Below, in pieces: positions 7,674 through 17,151 of a stretch of 32,000 nt of DNA. Both the position numbers and the translations under genes were made by a program. Origin of the DNA: Mycolicibacterium smegmatis. GTDB taxonomy: Bacteria; Actinomycetota; Actinomycetes; Mycobacteriales; Mycobacteriaceae. Numbering within the stretch: the first letter of the stretch is position 1; every line of letters starts with the position of its first letter. Below the pieces are notes generated by a model that did not search any database, was not told the DNA's origin, and was given only the letters and a program-made list of their open reading frames with translations. The DNA is taken from NCBI RefSeq assembly GCF_001457595.1, contig NZ_LN831039.1, forward strand, positions 1,830,001 through 1,862,000, written 5' to 3'.

Positions 7674-8144
7674 TTATGAAATATTCGCGTCGAAGGTGAC
7701 CAGTACGTAGCTGCCCAGCACCAACGTGAAACCGGTCGCCAGCAGCAGAAGCGAGTTCAGCCAGAACTTCGTGACGTTCTTGCGGGCGTAGTCACCGATG
7801 ATGGTGCGCATGCCGTTGGCGCCGTGGATCATTGCCAACCAGAGCAGGGCCATGTCCCAGATCTGCCAGAACGGCGAGGCCCAGCGCTCTGCGACGTAGT
7901 TGAAATCGATCCGGTACACGCCGTCCTGCCACATCAGCATGATGAACAGGTGGCCGAGCGCCAGGAACACCAGCGCGATACCGGAGAACCGCATGAACAG
8001 CCAGGCGTACTTCTCGAAGTACGGGATGCCGCGAGGCTTGCGTGGCGCGCGCGGGTGATCGAGCGCGGCCGGGCGATCGTGCTCACGTTCCATCACGGGC
8101 GCCGGGCGCCCCAGGCGGGATTCGCCTGCCCCTGGCGCGCTCAC
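7674..8144 (-). CDS. sdhD: Succinate dehydrogenase membrane anchor subunit
   Basis: 156 aa membrane protein with three hydrophobic segments (FMRFSGIALVFLALGHLFIML; IWDMALLWLAMIHGANGMR; LLLLATGFTLVLGSYVLV) between sdhC and sdhA. Confidence 0.92.
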   Translation of the reverse strand: MSAPGAGESRLGRPAPVMEREHDRPAALDHPRAPRKPRGIPYFEKYAWLFMRFSGIALVFLALGHLFIMLMWQDGVYRIDFNYVAERWASPFWQIWDMALLWLAMIHGANGMRTIIGDYARKNVTKFWLNSLLLLATGFTLVLGSYVLVTFDANIS

Positions 8145-8557
8145 AGGAACCGCTCCACCATGTGCATACCGATAACTCCCACTGCTGCGATGAAGATCAC
8201 CAGGAAGAGGCCGGCGATGACAGCCAGCATCTGCCGCTGGTAGCGCGGGCCCTTGGCCCAGAAGTCGATGAGGATGACGCGGATGCCGTTGAGTGCGTGG
8301 AACAGCACAGCGGCGACCAGGCCGATCTCCATCAGGCCGACGATCGGGGTCTTGTACGTCTCGATGACCTCGTTGTAGGCCTGCGGGCTCACGCGGACCA
8401 GGGCGGTGTCAAGAACATGGACAAAAAGGAAAAAGAAAATCGTGGCACCGGTAATGCGGTGCAAGACCCAAGACCACATCCCCGGATCACCGCGATAAAG
8501 GGTGCGCCGGCGTGTCTTCTTGGGTTGCGGAGCCGGTACCTCCGTCTGCGTACTCAT
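8141..8557 (-). CDS. sdhC: Succinate dehydrogenase cytochrome b556 subunit
   Basis: 138 aa from MSTQTEVPAPQPKKTRRRTLYRGDPGMWSWVLHRITGATIFFFLFVHVLDTALVRVS; ATGA overlap with sdhD. Confidence 0.92.
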   Translation of the reverse strand: MSTQTEVPAPQPKKTRRRTLYRGDPGMWSWVLHRITGATIFFFLFVHVLDTALVRVSPQAYNEVIETYKTPIVGLMEIGLVAAVLFHALNGIRVILIDFWAKGPRYQRQMLAVIAGLFLVIFIAAVGVIGMHMVERFL

Positions 8558-8690
8558 CGGTCCCTCCAACGCCATCGGTGGATGTCTGGGGACCGGTCTG
8601 TCGACTAGCCCCAAACCATCGGGGCGAACTCTAATCCCCTTTGTAGACCTGAACGAACTACGGTGTAGCGGTTTGGCGGGTTAACCAGGG

Positions 8691-8709
8691 CAAAGTTAGG
8701 CTTACCTAT
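8691..8709. promoter_or_regulatory. IdeR/DtxR iron-box-like sequence in the sdhC/cdd divergent intergenic region
   Basis: CAAAGTTAGGCTTACCTAT versus TTAGGTTAGGCTAACCTAA: 14/19 identities, with TTAGG-N4-CCTA core intact. Confidence 0.4.
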
Positions 8710-8774
8710 CCTTATTGCGAGACCGCGAGCGGGAGTTTTCGGAATGCATTCAGAACGGGGCCGGTGAAATCGAC

Positions 8775-9173
8775 ATGAACGCAAACGTGAATTGGAATGC
8801 CCTGCGCAGCAAGGCAATCGAGGTCTCTCGGCACGCATATGCGCCCTATTCGGGCTTTCCGGTCGGTGCGGCCGCGCTGGTCGACGACGGCCGGACGGTG
8901 ACCGGATGCAATGTGGAGAATGTCTCATATGGTCTAGGTCTCTGTGCCGAGTGCGCTGTGGTCTGCGCCCTCCATTCCGGAGGCGGCGGACGCCTCGTGG
9001 CGCTGTCCTGTGTGGGCCCCGACGGAGGCGTTCTGATGCCGTGTGGACGCTGCAGGCAGGTGTTGCTCGAACACGGCGGACCCGAGTTGCTCATCGATCA
9101 CGCGCACGGGCCCCGGCCGCTGCGCGAACTGCTTCCCGACGCCTTCGGGCCCGACGATCTCGGGCGCCGCTAA
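8775..9173 (+). CDS. cdd: Cytidine deaminase
   Basis: 132 aa; YAPYSGFPVGAAAL, GCNVENVSYGLGLCAE, PCGRCRQVLLE zinc-site motifs. Confidence 0.95.
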   Translation: MNANVNWNALRSKAIEVSRHAYAPYSGFPVGAAALVDDGRTVTGCNVENVSYGLGLCAECAVVCALHSGGGGRLVALSCVGPDGGVLMPCGRCRQVLLEHGGPELLIDHAHGPRPLRELLPDAFGPDDLGRR

Positions 9174-9301
9174 CGTCAAGCGGTTCAAGGACTCCGGGCG
9201 TGCGACCCGCCGTCACGCGGTTACCGACGAGTAAGTTCGTGGGTCAGTAGGATCCGGGTATCGACGCGCCAACCATCATCCGAACCAAACGCGACGGCGG
9301 T

Positions 9302-10543
<1,242 letters not shown>

Positions 10544-10575
10544 GTCCGCGAGCGCCATCCGGCCGACGGCGCATT

Positions 10576-11104
10576 TCGACCGACGCCGATCACCCCCGGC
10601 CGGCCCCACCGCGAGCGTGCGCCGAGTGCTGACAAGACACGGCGTGCCGGGCCGCAGACATGCACGGTCGCGGTGCCGTGCCGCAGCCTCAAGCCAGAGA
10701 CACTCTTACCTTTCACCCGGATGATGGAAGGCATGAGTACGCCGCTGAGTTTGGAGAAGATCACCCACGCCCCCAAGGCCCTGCTACACGACCATCTCGA
10801 CGGCGGGCTGCGCCCGGCCACCGTGCTCGACCTGGCCGGGCAGGTGGGCTACGACAACCTTCCCGCCTCCGACGCCGACGAACTGGCGACGTTCTTCCGC
10901 ACGGCCGCGCACAGCGGATCGCTGGTGCGGTACCTGGAACCGTTCGCGCACACCGTCGGCGTCATGCAGACACCCGAGGCGCTGCACCGGGTCGCGTTCG
11001 AATGCGTGGAAGACCTCGCGGCCGACAACGTCGTGTACGCCGAGGTCAGGTTCGCCCCCGAACTGCACATCGACGGCGGCCTGTCGCTCGACGACGTGGT
11101 CGAC
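10576..11104 (+). repeat. 529-bp perfect direct tandem repeat, copy 1
   Basis: Begins TCGACCGACGCCGATCACCCCC and ends GACGACGTGGTCGAC; repeated at offset +529. The ORF track shows the same offset (10673 vs 11202; 10660 vs 11189). Confidence 0.95.
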
Positions 11105-11161
11105 TCGACCGACGCCGATCACCCCCGGCCGGCCCCACCGCGAGCGTGCGCCGAGTGCTGA
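10733..11161 (+). pseudogene. Truncated adenosine deaminase copy (124 native codons plus 18 non-native codons then stop)
   Basis: N-terminal sequence identical to the downstream full-length add up to LSLDDVVD, then [18 protein letters not shown]; lacks most catalytic residues. Confidence 0.9.
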
Positions 11162-11633
11162 CAAGACACGGCGTGCCGGGCCGCAGACATGCACGGTCGC
11201 GGTGCCGTGCCGCAGCCTCAAGCCAGAGACACTCTTACCTTTCACCCGGATGATGGAAGGCATGAGTACGCCGCTGAGTTTGGAGAAGATCACCCACGCC
11301 CCCAAGGCCCTGCTACACGACCATCTCGACGGCGGGCTGCGCCCGGCCACCGTGCTCGACCTGGCCGGGCAGGTGGGCTACGACAACCTTCCCGCCTCCG
11401 ACGCCGACGAACTGGCGACGTTCTTCCGCACGGCCGCGCACAGCGGATCGCTGGTGCGGTACCTGGAACCGTTCGCGCACACCGTCGGCGTCATGCAGAC
11501 ACCCGAGGCGCTGCACCGGGTCGCGTTCGAATGCGTGGAAGACCTCGCGGCCGACAACGTCGTGTACGCCGAGGTCAGGTTCGCCCCCGAACTGCACATC
11601 GACGGCGGCCTGTCGCTCGACGACGTGGTCGAC
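11105..11633 (+). repeat. 529-bp perfect direct tandem repeat, copy 2
   Basis: Same sequence as 10576-11104; contains upstream region and first 124 codons of intact add. Confidence 0.95.
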
Positions 11634-12350
11634 GCGGTGCTGGCGGGTTTCGCCGACGGTGAGAAGGCCTCGGCCGCGGCCGGCCGCACGATCGTCGTGC
11701 GGTGCCTGGTGACCGCGATGCGCCACGCCGCACGGTCCCGTGAGATCGCCGAACTGGCGATCCGGTTCCGGGACAAGGGCGTGGTGGGCTTCGACATCGC
11801 CGGCGCCGAGGCCGGTTACCCGCCGTCGCGGCATCTCGACGCGTTCGAGTACATGCGAAGCAACAACGCACGCTTCACCATCCACGCCGGCGAGGCGTTC
11901 GGGCTGCCGTCGATCCATGAGGCCATCGCGTTCTGTGGTGCCGACCGGCTGGGGCACGGGGTGCGCATCGTCGACGACATCTCCGAACTACCCGACGGCA
12001 CGCAGCAGCTCGGCAGGTTGGCATCCCTGTTGCGCGACAAGCGGATCCCGCTGGAGATGTGCCCGAGCAGCAACGTGCAGACCGGCGCGGTCAAGAGCAT
12101 CGCAGAGCATCCGTTCGACCGGCTGGCGCGGCTGCGGTTCCGCGTCACGGTCAACACCGACAACCGGTTGATGAGCGACACCACCATGAGCCAGGAGATG
12201 CACCGCCTGGTCGAGGCGTTCGGCTACGGCTGGTCGGACCTGGAGCGGTTCACCATCAACGCGATGAAGTCCGCGTTCATCCCGTTCGACCAGCGCCTCG
12301 CGATCATCGATGAGGTGATCAAGCCGCGGTATGCGGTGCTCGTCGGCTGA
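11262..12350 (+). CDS. add: Adenosine deaminase, full length
   Basis: 362 aa; [64 protein letters not shown]. Confidence 0.96.
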   Translation: MSTPLSLEKITHAPKALLHDHLDGGLRPATVLDLAGQVGYDNLPASDADELATFFRTAAHSGSLVRYLEPFAHTVGVMQTPEALHRVAFECVEDLAADNVVYAEVRFAPELHIDGGLSLDDVVDAVLAGFADGEKASAAAGRTIVVRCLVTAMRHAARSREIAELAIRFRDKGVVGFDIAGAEAGYPPSRHLDAFEYMRSNNARFTIHAGEAFGLPSIHEAIAFCGADRLGHGVRIVDDISELPDGTQQLGRLASLLRDKRIPLEMCPSSNVQTGAVKSIAEHPFDRLARLRFRVTVNTDNRLMSDTTMSQEMHRLVEAFGYGWSDLERFTINAMKSAFIPFDQRLAIIDEVIKPRYAVLVG

Positions 12351-12360
12351 GCGCGGCCCG

Positions 12361-13656
12361 CTACTCCTGACGGAGCCGGGACTCCACGAACCGCACCAGG
12401 GACTCCCACTGCTCGACGGCCTTGGCGTACGGCGCGTCGGGGGCGTCGTGGTTGTCCGGTTCCAGGACGTGCGCGACGAACGCGCCGAGCGGCTGGTCGG
12501 TGCTCAGCGTCTCGTCGACGGTCTTGTCCTCGGAGTAGTCGCTGACATCGCGCAGCAACTCCACCGCGAGTTCGAGCTGATCGCGGTCGATCGCCTCGGG
12601 CCCGTCGGCGATGTCGTCGGCGATACCGCTGAGCACGTAGACGTTCTCGTCGGTGACCTCGACGCGCAGCGATCCGTCGGTGGCCGCGGTGCGGATGTCG
12701 TCGTAGGTCGCGAGGTCCGACAGGTCGTGGTCGTGCTCGTCGGCGAGGTAACGCGCCAGGGTGCGCTCGGACGGGAACACGCTGATGCGGCCGTTGCGGC
12801 CCAGGAACACGGGCTGGTCGTCGAGGTAGCAGCGCAGCGTGTAGAAGGTGCCGGTGCCGGTCATGATGCGGACCGGGTCGATGCCGACCTTGAGCCAGAA
12901 GTCCTCGTCACCGCCGAGCACGCCGGTGCCAGCGGTCGCGGGCGCGACGACGGCGTCATCGTCATCGTCGTCGGATTCGTCGGTGTCGGCTTCGGTGTCG
13001 GCCTCGGCATCTTCGGTGTCCTCGACCGCGATGTCCTCGTCGTCCTCTTCGGGCGCGGGCTCGTCGAGTTCGGCTTCGGCCTTCTTGACCGCGGCCGCGT
13101 CGATGTCCTCGGGGATCGCGACGATCTCGTCGATCGCGTCGACCACGCCGTCCCAGCCGCGCAGGATCACGGTTTCGATCTCGCCCCAGCGCTTGCGGCC
13201 GCTGCGGCCGCTGAACGCCTCGATGCCGCCGCCGACCGTCGACAGCACGGGGTTGCCGTTGAAGAACCTGTTGACGGCGGCCAGGTCGCACACCGAACCG
13301 ATCGACGCCGCGATCGCCAGCGTCCGTCGCAGCGCCTCGACCGAATCCTCGGTCGGCTTCTCCGCGACGACCTCGGGCACGCCGACCAGGTCGTAGTGGC
13401 GGTCCTCGGCCGGGTCGAGTTTGTGGGCGTTGGCCTCGGTCAGCTTCTCCCACGCCGGATGGTCGGTGAGGTCGTTGTCGCTGTTGGTGCGGACGAATGC
13501 GACCAGGTCGGCCACCGTTTCGAAGGCGAACAGGTCCTCGTCCTTGCCGAGAAATGCCTCCCACTCGTCGCCGGCGTCACGCCAGCGCGGAGCCCACAGT
13601 GTGTAGAGGTCGCCCTTGGTCAGCCCAAGCCGGACCGGCACGATGTCAGCAGCCAT
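12361..13656 (-). CDS. Conserved mycobacterial protein (Rv3311-like) with internal Asp/Glu-rich stretch
   Basis: 431 aa from MAADIVPVRLGLTKGDLYTLWAPRWRDAGDEWEAFLGKDEDLFAFETVADLVAFVR; acidic segment EEDDEDIAVEDTEDAEADTEADTDESDDDDDD. Confidence 0.8.
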   Translation of the reverse strand: MAADIVPVRLGLTKGDLYTLWAPRWRDAGDEWEAFLGKDEDLFAFETVADLVAFVRTNSDNDLTDHPAWEKLTEANAHKLDPAEDRHYDLVGVPEVVAEKPTEDSVEALRRTLAIAASIGSVCDLAAVNRFFNGNPVLSTVGGGIEAFSGRSGRKRWGEIETVILRGWDGVVDAIDEIVAIPEDIDAAAVKKAEAELDEPAPEEDDEDIAVEDTEDAEADTEADTDESDDDDDDAVVAPATAGTGVLGGDEDFWLKVGIDPVRIMTGTGTFYTLRCYLDDQPVFLGRNGRISVFPSERTLARYLADEHDHDLSDLATYDDIRTAATDGSLRVEVTDENVYVLSGIADDIADGPEAIDRDQLELAVELLRDVSDYSEDKTVDETLSTDQPLGAFVAHVLEPDNHDAPDAPYAKAVEQWESLVRFVESRLRQE

Positions 13657-13729
13657 GCGGCACAGCCTAACGGCGTACCCCTGATGCCCAGTCAGGTTGC
13701 CTGCTGTTTCGAGGCGCCGCTGGTCCGAA

Positions 13730-13897
13730 TCAGTCTTCGAGCCCGGCAACCAGGCCGTCGAGCACACGCCGGCGTGACCCGGCGTCGGAGCGTTCGGACT
13801 GGTCAGCGCGCAGCCGCGCCAGCTCTTCGGCGACCGCCTCCAGCGTCTGCAGGCGCGCCCGCGCCTGCGCCGTGATCTCCTCGAACGGTCCGCTCAT
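13730..13897 (-). CDS. Small helical protein, 55 aa (absent from supplied ORF track)
   Basis: Manual translation: MSGPFEEITAQARARLQTLEAVAEELARLRADQSERSDAGSRRRVLDGLVAGLED*; ATGA overlap with the preceding NlpC/P60 gene. Confidence 0.65.
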   Translation of the reverse strand: MSGPFEEITAQARARLQTLEAVAEELARLRADQSERSDAGSRRRVLDGLVAGLED

Positions 13898-14961
13898 GCC
13901 GTGGGCCGCCAGAACCCTTGGAACCCCTGCCCGGCGTTGGTGGTGCGGATGGGGGAGAGCTGCACGGGATCACCCGCCTCGATCATGGTGTTCGGTCCGA
14001 CGATCATCGCGACGTGCCCGTCCCACACCGCGAGGTCCCCGGGTCGCAGCGCGTTGGCGGCGACCGCCGCGCCGATGTCCTGCTCCTGCGCCAGCCGCGG
14101 GATGTTCAGACCCGCTTCGCGATAGGCCCACTGTGTCAGCCCACTGCAGTCCAGTCCCACCCCCGGTGTGGTACCGCCCCAGTGATACGGCACACCCAGT
14201 TGCGTCAGCGCATGCCGCACGGCGCTGGCCGCCACGGCATTCGGGGCCATCGTGGTGCTGCCGTCGGGAAGTCGCACCGCGACACCGTCGCCGAACATCG
14301 CGGCATCCGGTGTGTCGAGCAGGCCGCCCGGGGCGGCCTCGGGCGCCGAGAAGGCGGGCGCGAATGCCGACGGCGAGCCCGAACCGAGGTTCGGTCCGAG
14401 CCCGGAGAACCCGCTCGCGCGCATCGCCGGTACCGCACCCGAGAAGCCTGCCGGCACTGCGACGGGTGCCGATGTGACCGTCCCGGCGTGCCCGTCGAGT
14501 TCGGCGCGCAGTTCCTCGATGACGGCAAGGGCCTCACGCAGGGCGCGCTGGGCCTCGGCCACAAGCTCTTCGGCGACGCCCGGTTCGTCGAGTCGGGGCT
14601 CGAGGGCGGCCGCGCGCTGTTCGAAGGCTTCGATGACGGCGTCCAACCGCGCCTGCGCACGCGCGACCGCGGTCCCGGCCTCGCGTGCGACGCCGCTGAG
14701 CATCCCGGCGCGATCGGCCAGTGCCCGCGCGGTGGCGGCGGTGACGGCGGAGAACTCGCCGGCCGCGTCGGAGGCCGTGCCCGCCCACCCGTCGGAGACC
14801 CGCGCCCACGATGCCGCGGCCGCTGCGGCGAGGTCGGTGAGCGCGCTCCGCACGGAAGACAGCGCCGCGACGGGCGCATCGGTCGCGACCCAGCCCGGCC
14901 CCACCAGCGTCCGCAGATCGTGCAGCGGTGCGGCGAGTGCGTGAACCAGTGCGCCCGGCAT
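13894..14961 (-). CDS. NlpC/P60 (C40) peptidase-domain protein with N-terminal WXG100-like helical region
   Basis: 355 aa; C-terminal LGVPYHWGGTTPGVGLDCSGLTQWAYREAGLNIPR...GDLAVWDGHVAMIVG; N-terminal Ala-rich helices with DGWAGTASDAAGEF. Confidence 0.88.
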   Translation of the reverse strand: MPGALVHALAAPLHDLRTLVGPGWVATDAPVAALSSVRSALTDLAAAAAASWARVSDGWAGTASDAAGEFSAVTAATARALADRAGMLSGVAREAGTAVARAQARLDAVIEAFEQRAAALEPRLDEPGVAEELVAEAQRALREALAVIEELRAELDGHAGTVTSAPVAVPAGFSGAVPAMRASGFSGLGPNLGSGSPSAFAPAFSAPEAAPGGLLDTPDAAMFGDGVAVRLPDGSTTMAPNAVAASAVRHALTQLGVPYHWGGTTPGVGLDCSGLTQWAYREAGLNIPRLAQEQDIGAAVAANALRPGDLAVWDGHVAMIVGPNTMIEAGDPVQLSPIRTTNAGQGFQGFWRPTA

Positions 14962-14967
14962 ACGGAC

Positions 14968-15273
14968 CTACAGGAGCGCCGCGGCGTGGTGTCCGGCGGC
15001 GTCGTAGGACGCGGCGTTGCGCTGCGCCGTCACACCGGCCTGACCGATTTGTTCGCCCAGCGCGGCAACGGCTTTGGCTTGGGCGTCCAGCGCGTCGAGG
15101 AAGACGGCCACAAACCGGTCAGCGGCCGGGCCGAGGCTGGGCAGTTGTGATGGCAGCGTGCGCAACACCGCCGCCAGGGCGGCGAGGTCGGCGGTGTGCG
15201 CGGCGCATGCGGCACCGTGCGCGCGGATGGTGCCGGTGTCGGCGAACAGAGCGAGCATGACGTTATGACGCAC
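14968..15273 (-). CDS. EspC/DUF2580-like type VII secretion-associated protein
   Basis: 101 aa; RAHGAACAAHTADLAALAAVLRTL...LGPAADRFVAVFLDALDAQAKAVAALGEQIGQAGVTAQRNAASYDAAG; helical Ala-rich pattern typical of EspC-like proteins, 6 bp upstream of the NlpC/P60 gene. Confidence 0.6.
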   Translation of the reverse strand: MRHNVMLALFADTGTIRAHGAACAAHTADLAALAAVLRTLPSQLPSLGPAADRFVAVFLDALDAQAKAVAALGEQIGQAGVTAQRNAASYDAAGHHAAALL

Positions 15274-15309
15274 GGCAGCGCCGTTCGGTTCCGCTGCCGT
15301 GCGTTTTCG

Positions 15310-15720
15310 TCAGCCCGCGACCCGCCGGTCCTTGCGTGCCTGGAGTTCGTCGTCGTCGACGAAGGCGAGCATCGGTTGGCCCGGCGCGCACATCATGGTC
15401 ACGGTGAAGCGGACCGGGATGTCGCTGCGGTTGTTGCCGTCCTGGTAGTGGATGACGTCGCCGCCGGGCTCCCAGAACGCTTCACCGGCGCGCACGACGC
15501 GCGGCGGTTCGCCTTCGAGTTCGAACAGCATCTCGCCTTCCAGCACGTAGCCGAACGCGGGTCCGGAGTGGCGGTGCGGGGGAGAGCCGGGGTCACCGGG
15601 CGGGAATTCGACCACGATGGTCATGGCGTGCGCGCCTTCGGGGAAGTGTGGCGCATGCACCTCCTGCACCACGGTGATCGCGGTCTTCCATGCCTCGCTT
15701 CGGGTGGTGTTGCCGGACAT
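15310..15720 (-). CDS. Cupin-domain protein
   Basis: 136 aa; FPPGDPGSPPHRHSGPAFGYVLEGEMLFELEGEPPRVVRAGEAFWEPGGDVIHYQ cupin motifs 1 and 2. Confidence 0.9.
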   Translation of the reverse strand: MSGNTTRSEAWKTAITVVQEVHAPHFPEGAHAMTIVVEFPPGDPGSPPHRHSGPAFGYVLEGEMLFELEGEPPRVVRAGEAFWEPGGDVIHYQDGNNRSDIPVRFTVTMMCAPGQPMLAFVDDDELQARKDRRVAG

Positions 15721-15732
15721 GACGGTCTCCTC

Positions 15733-16455
15733 TCAGACGGCTGCGCCGCCGCCGTCGGCGTGCAGGGTGGACCCGGTGATGAAGCTCGCGCGCGGTGAGC
15801 ACAGGAACAGCACCGCGTGGGCGATCTCCTCGGGCTGCGCGGTGCGGCCCAGCGGCAGGGCTTTGCCCAGTTGTTCGTTGGTGTCGCCCCATTCGGCTTC
15901 GACCCCTTCGGTCCGGGTCGGCCCGGGCGCGACGCTGTTGACGCGGACCCCGCGCGGACCGAACTCGGCGGCCCATGTGCGGGTGAGGGATTCGACGGCG
16001 GCTTTCGACGCGCTGTAGGTCGAGGCGCCCGCGACGCCCTTGGACGCGACCATCGACGTGACGTTGACGATGCTGCCCCGGCCGCGTGCGAACATGCCGG
16101 GAGCCAGTTGGGCCACCAGGAAATACGTTCCGCGCACGTTGGTGTCGAAGGTGCGCTCGTAGGAGGCGATGTCCTGCTCGACGGTGAGCGCGCCGGGGAA
16201 GCTCGCGGCGTTGTTGACGACGATGTCGGCCGTATCACATTGTTCGGCAAGCGCGTTGACCGACTGCAGATCCGACAGGTCGGCCTGCACGAATCGCACG
16301 TTGTCGCCGAGTTCGGCGGCTGCGGCCGCGCCGCGGTCGGCATCACGGCCGGTGATGGTCACGCGGGCGCCTTCTCTGGCCAGCAGGTCGGCGCACGCGC
16401 GGCCGATGCCCGCGGTGCCTCCGGTGACCAACGCGTGGTATCCGCTGAGTTGCAT
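15733..16455 (-). CDS. Short-chain dehydrogenase/reductase (SDR)
   Basis: 240 aa; ALVTGGTAGIGRACADLLAREGARV, VNNAAS, STYSASKAAVESLTRTWAAEFGPRGVRVNSVAPGPTRT. Confidence 0.95.
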   Translation of the reverse strand: MQLSGYHALVTGGTAGIGRACADLLAREGARVTITGRDADRGAAAAAELGDNVRFVQADLSDLQSVNALAEQCDTADIVVNNAASFPGALTVEQDIASYERTFDTNVRGTYFLVAQLAPGMFARGRGSIVNVTSMVASKGVAGASTYSASKAAVESLTRTWAAEFGPRGVRVNSVAPGPTRTEGVEAEWGDTNEQLGKALPLGRTAQPEEIAHAVLFLCSPRASFITGSTLHADGGGAAV

Positions 16456-16470
16456 GTGTTCCTCTCGTGA

Positions 16471-17103
16471 TCAGGCGGCGCAGTCCGCGCTCGCCTGGGT
16501 GTTGTCGGTGACTTCGGTGTCCTGGTTGAGTGCCGCGTCCTCGGTGAGTGCGGCACGCAGGCGCTGACGCGCACGGGCGATCCGCGACATCACGGTCCCC
16601 ACCGGAATTCCCATCAGCACAGCGGTTTCGGCGTAGGTGAAGCCCTCGATGTCGGCGTAGTACACCACCGTGCGGAACCCCTCGGGCAGCGCATCGAGTG
16701 CCGTGCGCACATGCGCGTCGGGAATCGTGTCGAGCGCCTCGTCCTCGGCCGATCGCCATCCCAGGCTCACGTGCAGCGCGCCCGCCGCGAGGTCACCGTC
16801 GGTGACCTCGTCGACGCAGAACGTCGCGGGGCGTCGCTGCGTCATGCGGTGTGTGCTGATCCACCTGTTGTGCATGATGCGGAACAGCCAGGCGCGCAGG
16901 TTGGTGCCGGGGCGGAACCGGCGGAATCCGACGTAGGCGTTCAGCAGAGCATCCTGCACCAGATCCTCGGCGTCGGCCTCGGTGCGGGCCAGCCGGCGCG
17001 CAGTGCGAAGCAGAGAGGGCTGGTAGGGCATGGCGTCGCGGATGAACCGCGCGGTGAGTTCGGCCTCCGATTCCAGGTCATCCAGGTCCGGTGGCAAGGT
17101 CAT
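16471..17103 (-). CDS. ECF-family RNA polymerase sigma factor (SigE/SigH-like)
   Basis: 210 aa; RTARRLARTEADAEDLVQDALLNAYVGFRRFRPGTNLRAWLFRIMHNRWI; region 4 ALDALPEGFRTVVYYADIEGFTYAETAVLMGIPVGTVMSRIARARQRLR. Confidence 0.93.
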   Translation of the reverse strand: MTLPPDLDDLESEAELTARFIRDAMPYQPSLLRTARRLARTEADAEDLVQDALLNAYVGFRRFRPGTNLRAWLFRIMHNRWISTHRMTQRRPATFCVDEVTDGDLAAGALHVSLGWRSAEDEALDTIPDAHVRTALDALPEGFRTVVYYADIEGFTYAETAVLMGIPVGTVMSRIARARQRLRAALTEDAALNQDTEVTDNTQASADCAA

Positions 17104-17151
17104 GAGAATCCCCGATCTCGCTCGTGTGCAGCGCTGTGTGGGGCTGCCATC

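Noticed and set aside
5897-7699. 600-aa plus-strand ORF opposite sdhA
   Set aside because: Longer than sdhA itself but compositionally a mirror of the sdhA codons, with His/Val/Arg-rich repeats and no domain; spurious.
10660-11253. 197-aa ORF and its 157-aa partner at 11189-11662
   Set aside because: Alternative-frame readings within the two copies of the duplicated add segment; explained by the repeat, not by a separate duplicated gene.
10576-11633. 529-bp repeat considered as an insertion sequence or mobile element
   Set aside because: No transposase, no terminal inverted repeats and no target-site duplication; the content is simply host intergenic plus add sequence in tandem.
12331-13875. 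514-aa plus-strand ORF
   Set aside because: Antisense to the Rv3311-like gene; Val/Gly/Asp-rich shadow translation.
13918-15150. 410-aa plus-strand ORF
   Set aside because: Antisense to the NlpC/P60 and EspC-like genes; high-GC artefact.
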